Below are positions 61,607 through 64,000 of a DNA stretch of 64,000 bases, piece after piece. This DNA comes from Laetmonice hystrix (taxonomy: Eukaryota), in NCBI GenBank assembly GCA_965235115.1, contig OZ249453.1, positions 3,410,001 through 3,474,000 of the forward strand, written 5' to 3'. Each line of letters starts with the position of its first letter. The first letter of the stretch is position 1. The notes under the pieces are model-generated. The model made no database searches. It had not been told where the DNA came from and saw only the letters and a list, made by a program, of their open reading frames with translations. The position numbers and the translations under genes are program-made.

Positions 61607-62829
61607 TGCAGTGTAAAAGACGTGCGTGTCGGAGTGTGGCGGAGAGGAAAGTGACCGAGTGAGAGTCGGGGAAGGTGAAGGAAAGTTGGAGCCGGAAGTG
61701 ACGTATAGATTGCGGATATTCAAGTCTCAGACCATTCATTATGCGCAATGAAATACATTACGGACAATTTCGTACACGAAATTCTTTTTCGTAAACGAAA
61801 TTATAATTTCGGACGTAGACGTAATATCCATTTCGTATACAGAATGACATTTCGTCTATGCCATAATCAATTCCGTCAACGAAATTCATTTTCGGCTGAA
61901 TGGCATTTAGTATACACGAAATGGACATGATGGAGACGAAATTCCATTCTGTAGAATGGATTATTGTGGAGACGAAATAACATTTCGTAGACAAAATTTA
62001 TTTTATAGGCACGAAAGGCAATTCCGTGGACAGAATTGATTATTATGTAGAAGAAATTGAATTTCGTACACGAAATGGACTTTAAGGAGACGAAATTCCA
62101 TTCTGTATACGGAATAGGATTGTTGAAACGAAATTATACTTAATAGAAGGAGCAAAATGTGCCATCATTCTCGTAGACGGAATGGATGTACTGTGGAGAC
62201 GAAATAGAATTTCGTACACGAAATGAATACTATGGAGACGGAATTCTATTTCGTACACGAAATGGATGATTGTTGAGACAAAAGTGAATTTCGTTGACGG
62301 AATTGATTTTTGTGTAGACGAAATGTCATTTCGTTTACGAAAAAGAATTTCGTGTACGAAATTATAATTTCGTTTACGAAAAAGAATTTCGTGTACGAAA
62401 TTATAATTTCGTTTACGAAAAAGAATTTCATGTTCGTGACATGTAATGGATACTGTGGAGACAAAAATCATTCTCGGAGACAGAATTGATGTACTGTGGA
62501 GACGAAATAGAATTTTGTACACGAAATGAATACCATGGAGACGAAATTCCATTTCGTAGACAAAATGGATGATTGTTGAGTGAATTTCGTTGACGGAATT
62601 GATTATTGTGTAGACGAAATGATTATAATTTCGTTTACGAAAAATAATTTCGTGTATAAAATATTATAATTTCGTTTACTAAAAAGAATTTTGTGTACGA
62701 AATTATAATTTCGTTTACTTCGTTTACGAAATGGAATTTCGTGTACGAAATTATAAAGGTAACACTTGGCACCCCATAATTTACACGTCAAGAGCACCTT
62801 GCACGCCCTAATATATATAACCAACGTAC

Positions 62830-62895
62830 CCTGAAGGCCTGTTTGAGTCCCCCGTTGTCCGCTATGTTCTCTCCTTGCGTGTTCAAGCCGTTCAG
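62830..62895 (-). CDS. M13 peptidase exon (LNGLNTQGENIADNGGLKQAFR), third zinc ligand
   Basis: tttcag / gtacgt; GENIADNGG signature; 22 codons. Confidence 0.95.
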
Positions 62896-63146
62896 CTGAA
62901 ACAACAGCAGTGCCCGAGGTGAAGTTGGCTTCATAGGCCTCAGGGAGCCAAGAAATGTTAGGAGGGCAGAGTTCAGAGGGGCACGTCTCTGTAAGGACAT
63001 ACCTCCCTCAATTTAAAAGGGCACTTGTTACTCAAAAAGGGTGTTTTTTCATGAATCACTGGAGGGGCCAATTCCCCCTCCCCGCCCCCTATTACGGCCA
63101 TTTTCTTGAGTTACAAATATATGAAAGTGAAACGTCTCCAACTCAC

Positions 63147-63277
63147 ATTGAGGCCCACTTCCGGGACGGTGTAGTTGCCATATTGATCGATGATACATTG
63201 TGCCTTCTCTTTGAAGAGTTCCACTACTTCCGGTGACCACCACTGAGCCAGGTTCCCATCCTTATCAAACTGTCGCC
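63147..63277 (-). CDS. M13 (neprilysin/ECE-like) peptidase exon (GRQFDKDGNLAQWWSPEVVELFKEKAQCIIDQYGNYTVPEVGLN); earlier exons are outside the window
   Basis: ccag / gtgagt on -; canonical M13 GRxFDKDGNLxxWW...C...QY motif; phase 1 to 0. Confidence 0.93.
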
Positions 63278-64000
63278 CTGGTTACCAGATAAACAGCTAT
63301 AAGTGATACCAATGAGGGTGAGGGAGACGGTAAACACATTGAAATATCGCGAGGCACTGTGAAAGAACTCTATCAACAATTTGTTTGGTCAGAATACTTT
63401 TATTTTTCTGTCCTTCAAACACGGTGTAATTTACACCTTGGTTTGATTAGAATTTCAGCTATGACGTCATCTTGTATGTTACAAAAGTAACTATATACAA
63501 CAATATAGCTTAGTGAACATGTTGTAGGCATGGCAAGTAACAAAAAACACAATAAATTAGGACACGTTCTGCAAGAGTACGGAGGTGAATTTTTGAATGA
63601 AAATTGTTATTCCAACACTATGATTATTCTAGCAATATACAGTATTAGCCGATGACTAACAATAACACCCCCAACAACATACTTCGCGAAGTACTGTTTA
63701 AATTGCCTACAAGCAACGTACACTAACATTATAATTAGAAAATCAGCCAATACATTTTCTTTTTAGCTCATGCATATATTTATGGGTCGATGATAAGGAG
63801 GGGGCACTGTTGGGCGGACGTTTAACTCAGTCAGGCAGGGTAGGAACATTGGATGCAAGGCCAATATATACATGTATTAAAGGTTTGGACTTGGGTCGAA
63901 GAGCAGGTATAGAACTACGGCAGGTCAGGGCTTAAATCTATATAATATATACCGAGCTGGATGGTCTTTGGATACCTTCTTAGCGTTCTTGTTTAAGCAG

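Larger units (their letters stand above)
58037..61768 (-). mobile_element. Ngaro-type (DIRS order) YR retroelement with split direct repeats A1-gag-deleted pol-YR-B1-A2-B2; RT deleted, non-autonomous
   Basis: A1 61613-61768 = A2 58316-58471 (156 bp); B1 58469-58698 = B2 58037-58266 (230 bp); no mismatch seen in either pair; gag, RNaseH and YR coding remnants inside. Confidence 0.92.
57866..62776. mobile_element. Non-autonomous fold-back/TIR DNA element (about 1.18 kb without the insert), interrupted by the YR element
   Basis: TIR TGGGG(G)TGCCAAGTGTTACCTTTAxAATTTCGTACACG at both ends; TA on both flanks; inverted sub-terminal arrays of CGAAATTATAATTTCG / CGAAATTCTTTTTCG. Confidence 0.8.

Noticed and set aside
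61607-61723. Track start of the gag ORF (MNIRNL...)
   Set aside because: Lies inside repeat A1, and the same frame occurs in A2 (58214-58426); the ATG at 61606 is more credible.

Overview
Eukaryotic (invertebrate bilaterian, possibly lophotrochozoan) genomic DNA. There is no rRNA, tRNA or CRISPR array. Three genes are supported. (1) The 3' part of an Atrophin/RERE gene on + has 15 coding exons (5178-40021, about 1285 aa) running from the end of the SANT domain through the GATA-type zinc finger to the atrophin C-terminus; all splice phases join into one open frame. (2) An unrecognised ORF with two transmembrane segments lies on - (47269-47817). (3) The last five exons of a neprilysin/ECE-like M13 metallopeptidase lie on - (63277 to 56350). 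The most striking structure is inside a peptidase intron. A TA-flanked fold-back TIR element (57866-62776) has been interrupted, at the centre of one of its own palindromes, by a 3.73-kb Ngaro-type tyrosine-recombinase (YR) retroelement. This element has identical split direct repeats (A1-ORFs-B1-A2-B2) and an intact gag, but lacks RT and has a fused RNaseH-YR frame. About a fifth of the window is locally amplified minisatellite, one array carrying about 31 CTCF-like motifs. RERE introns hold a dense RFX X-box/YY1 cluster (candidate internal promoter) and perfect DR1 nuclear-receptor elements. All coordinates and counts were worked out by eye.
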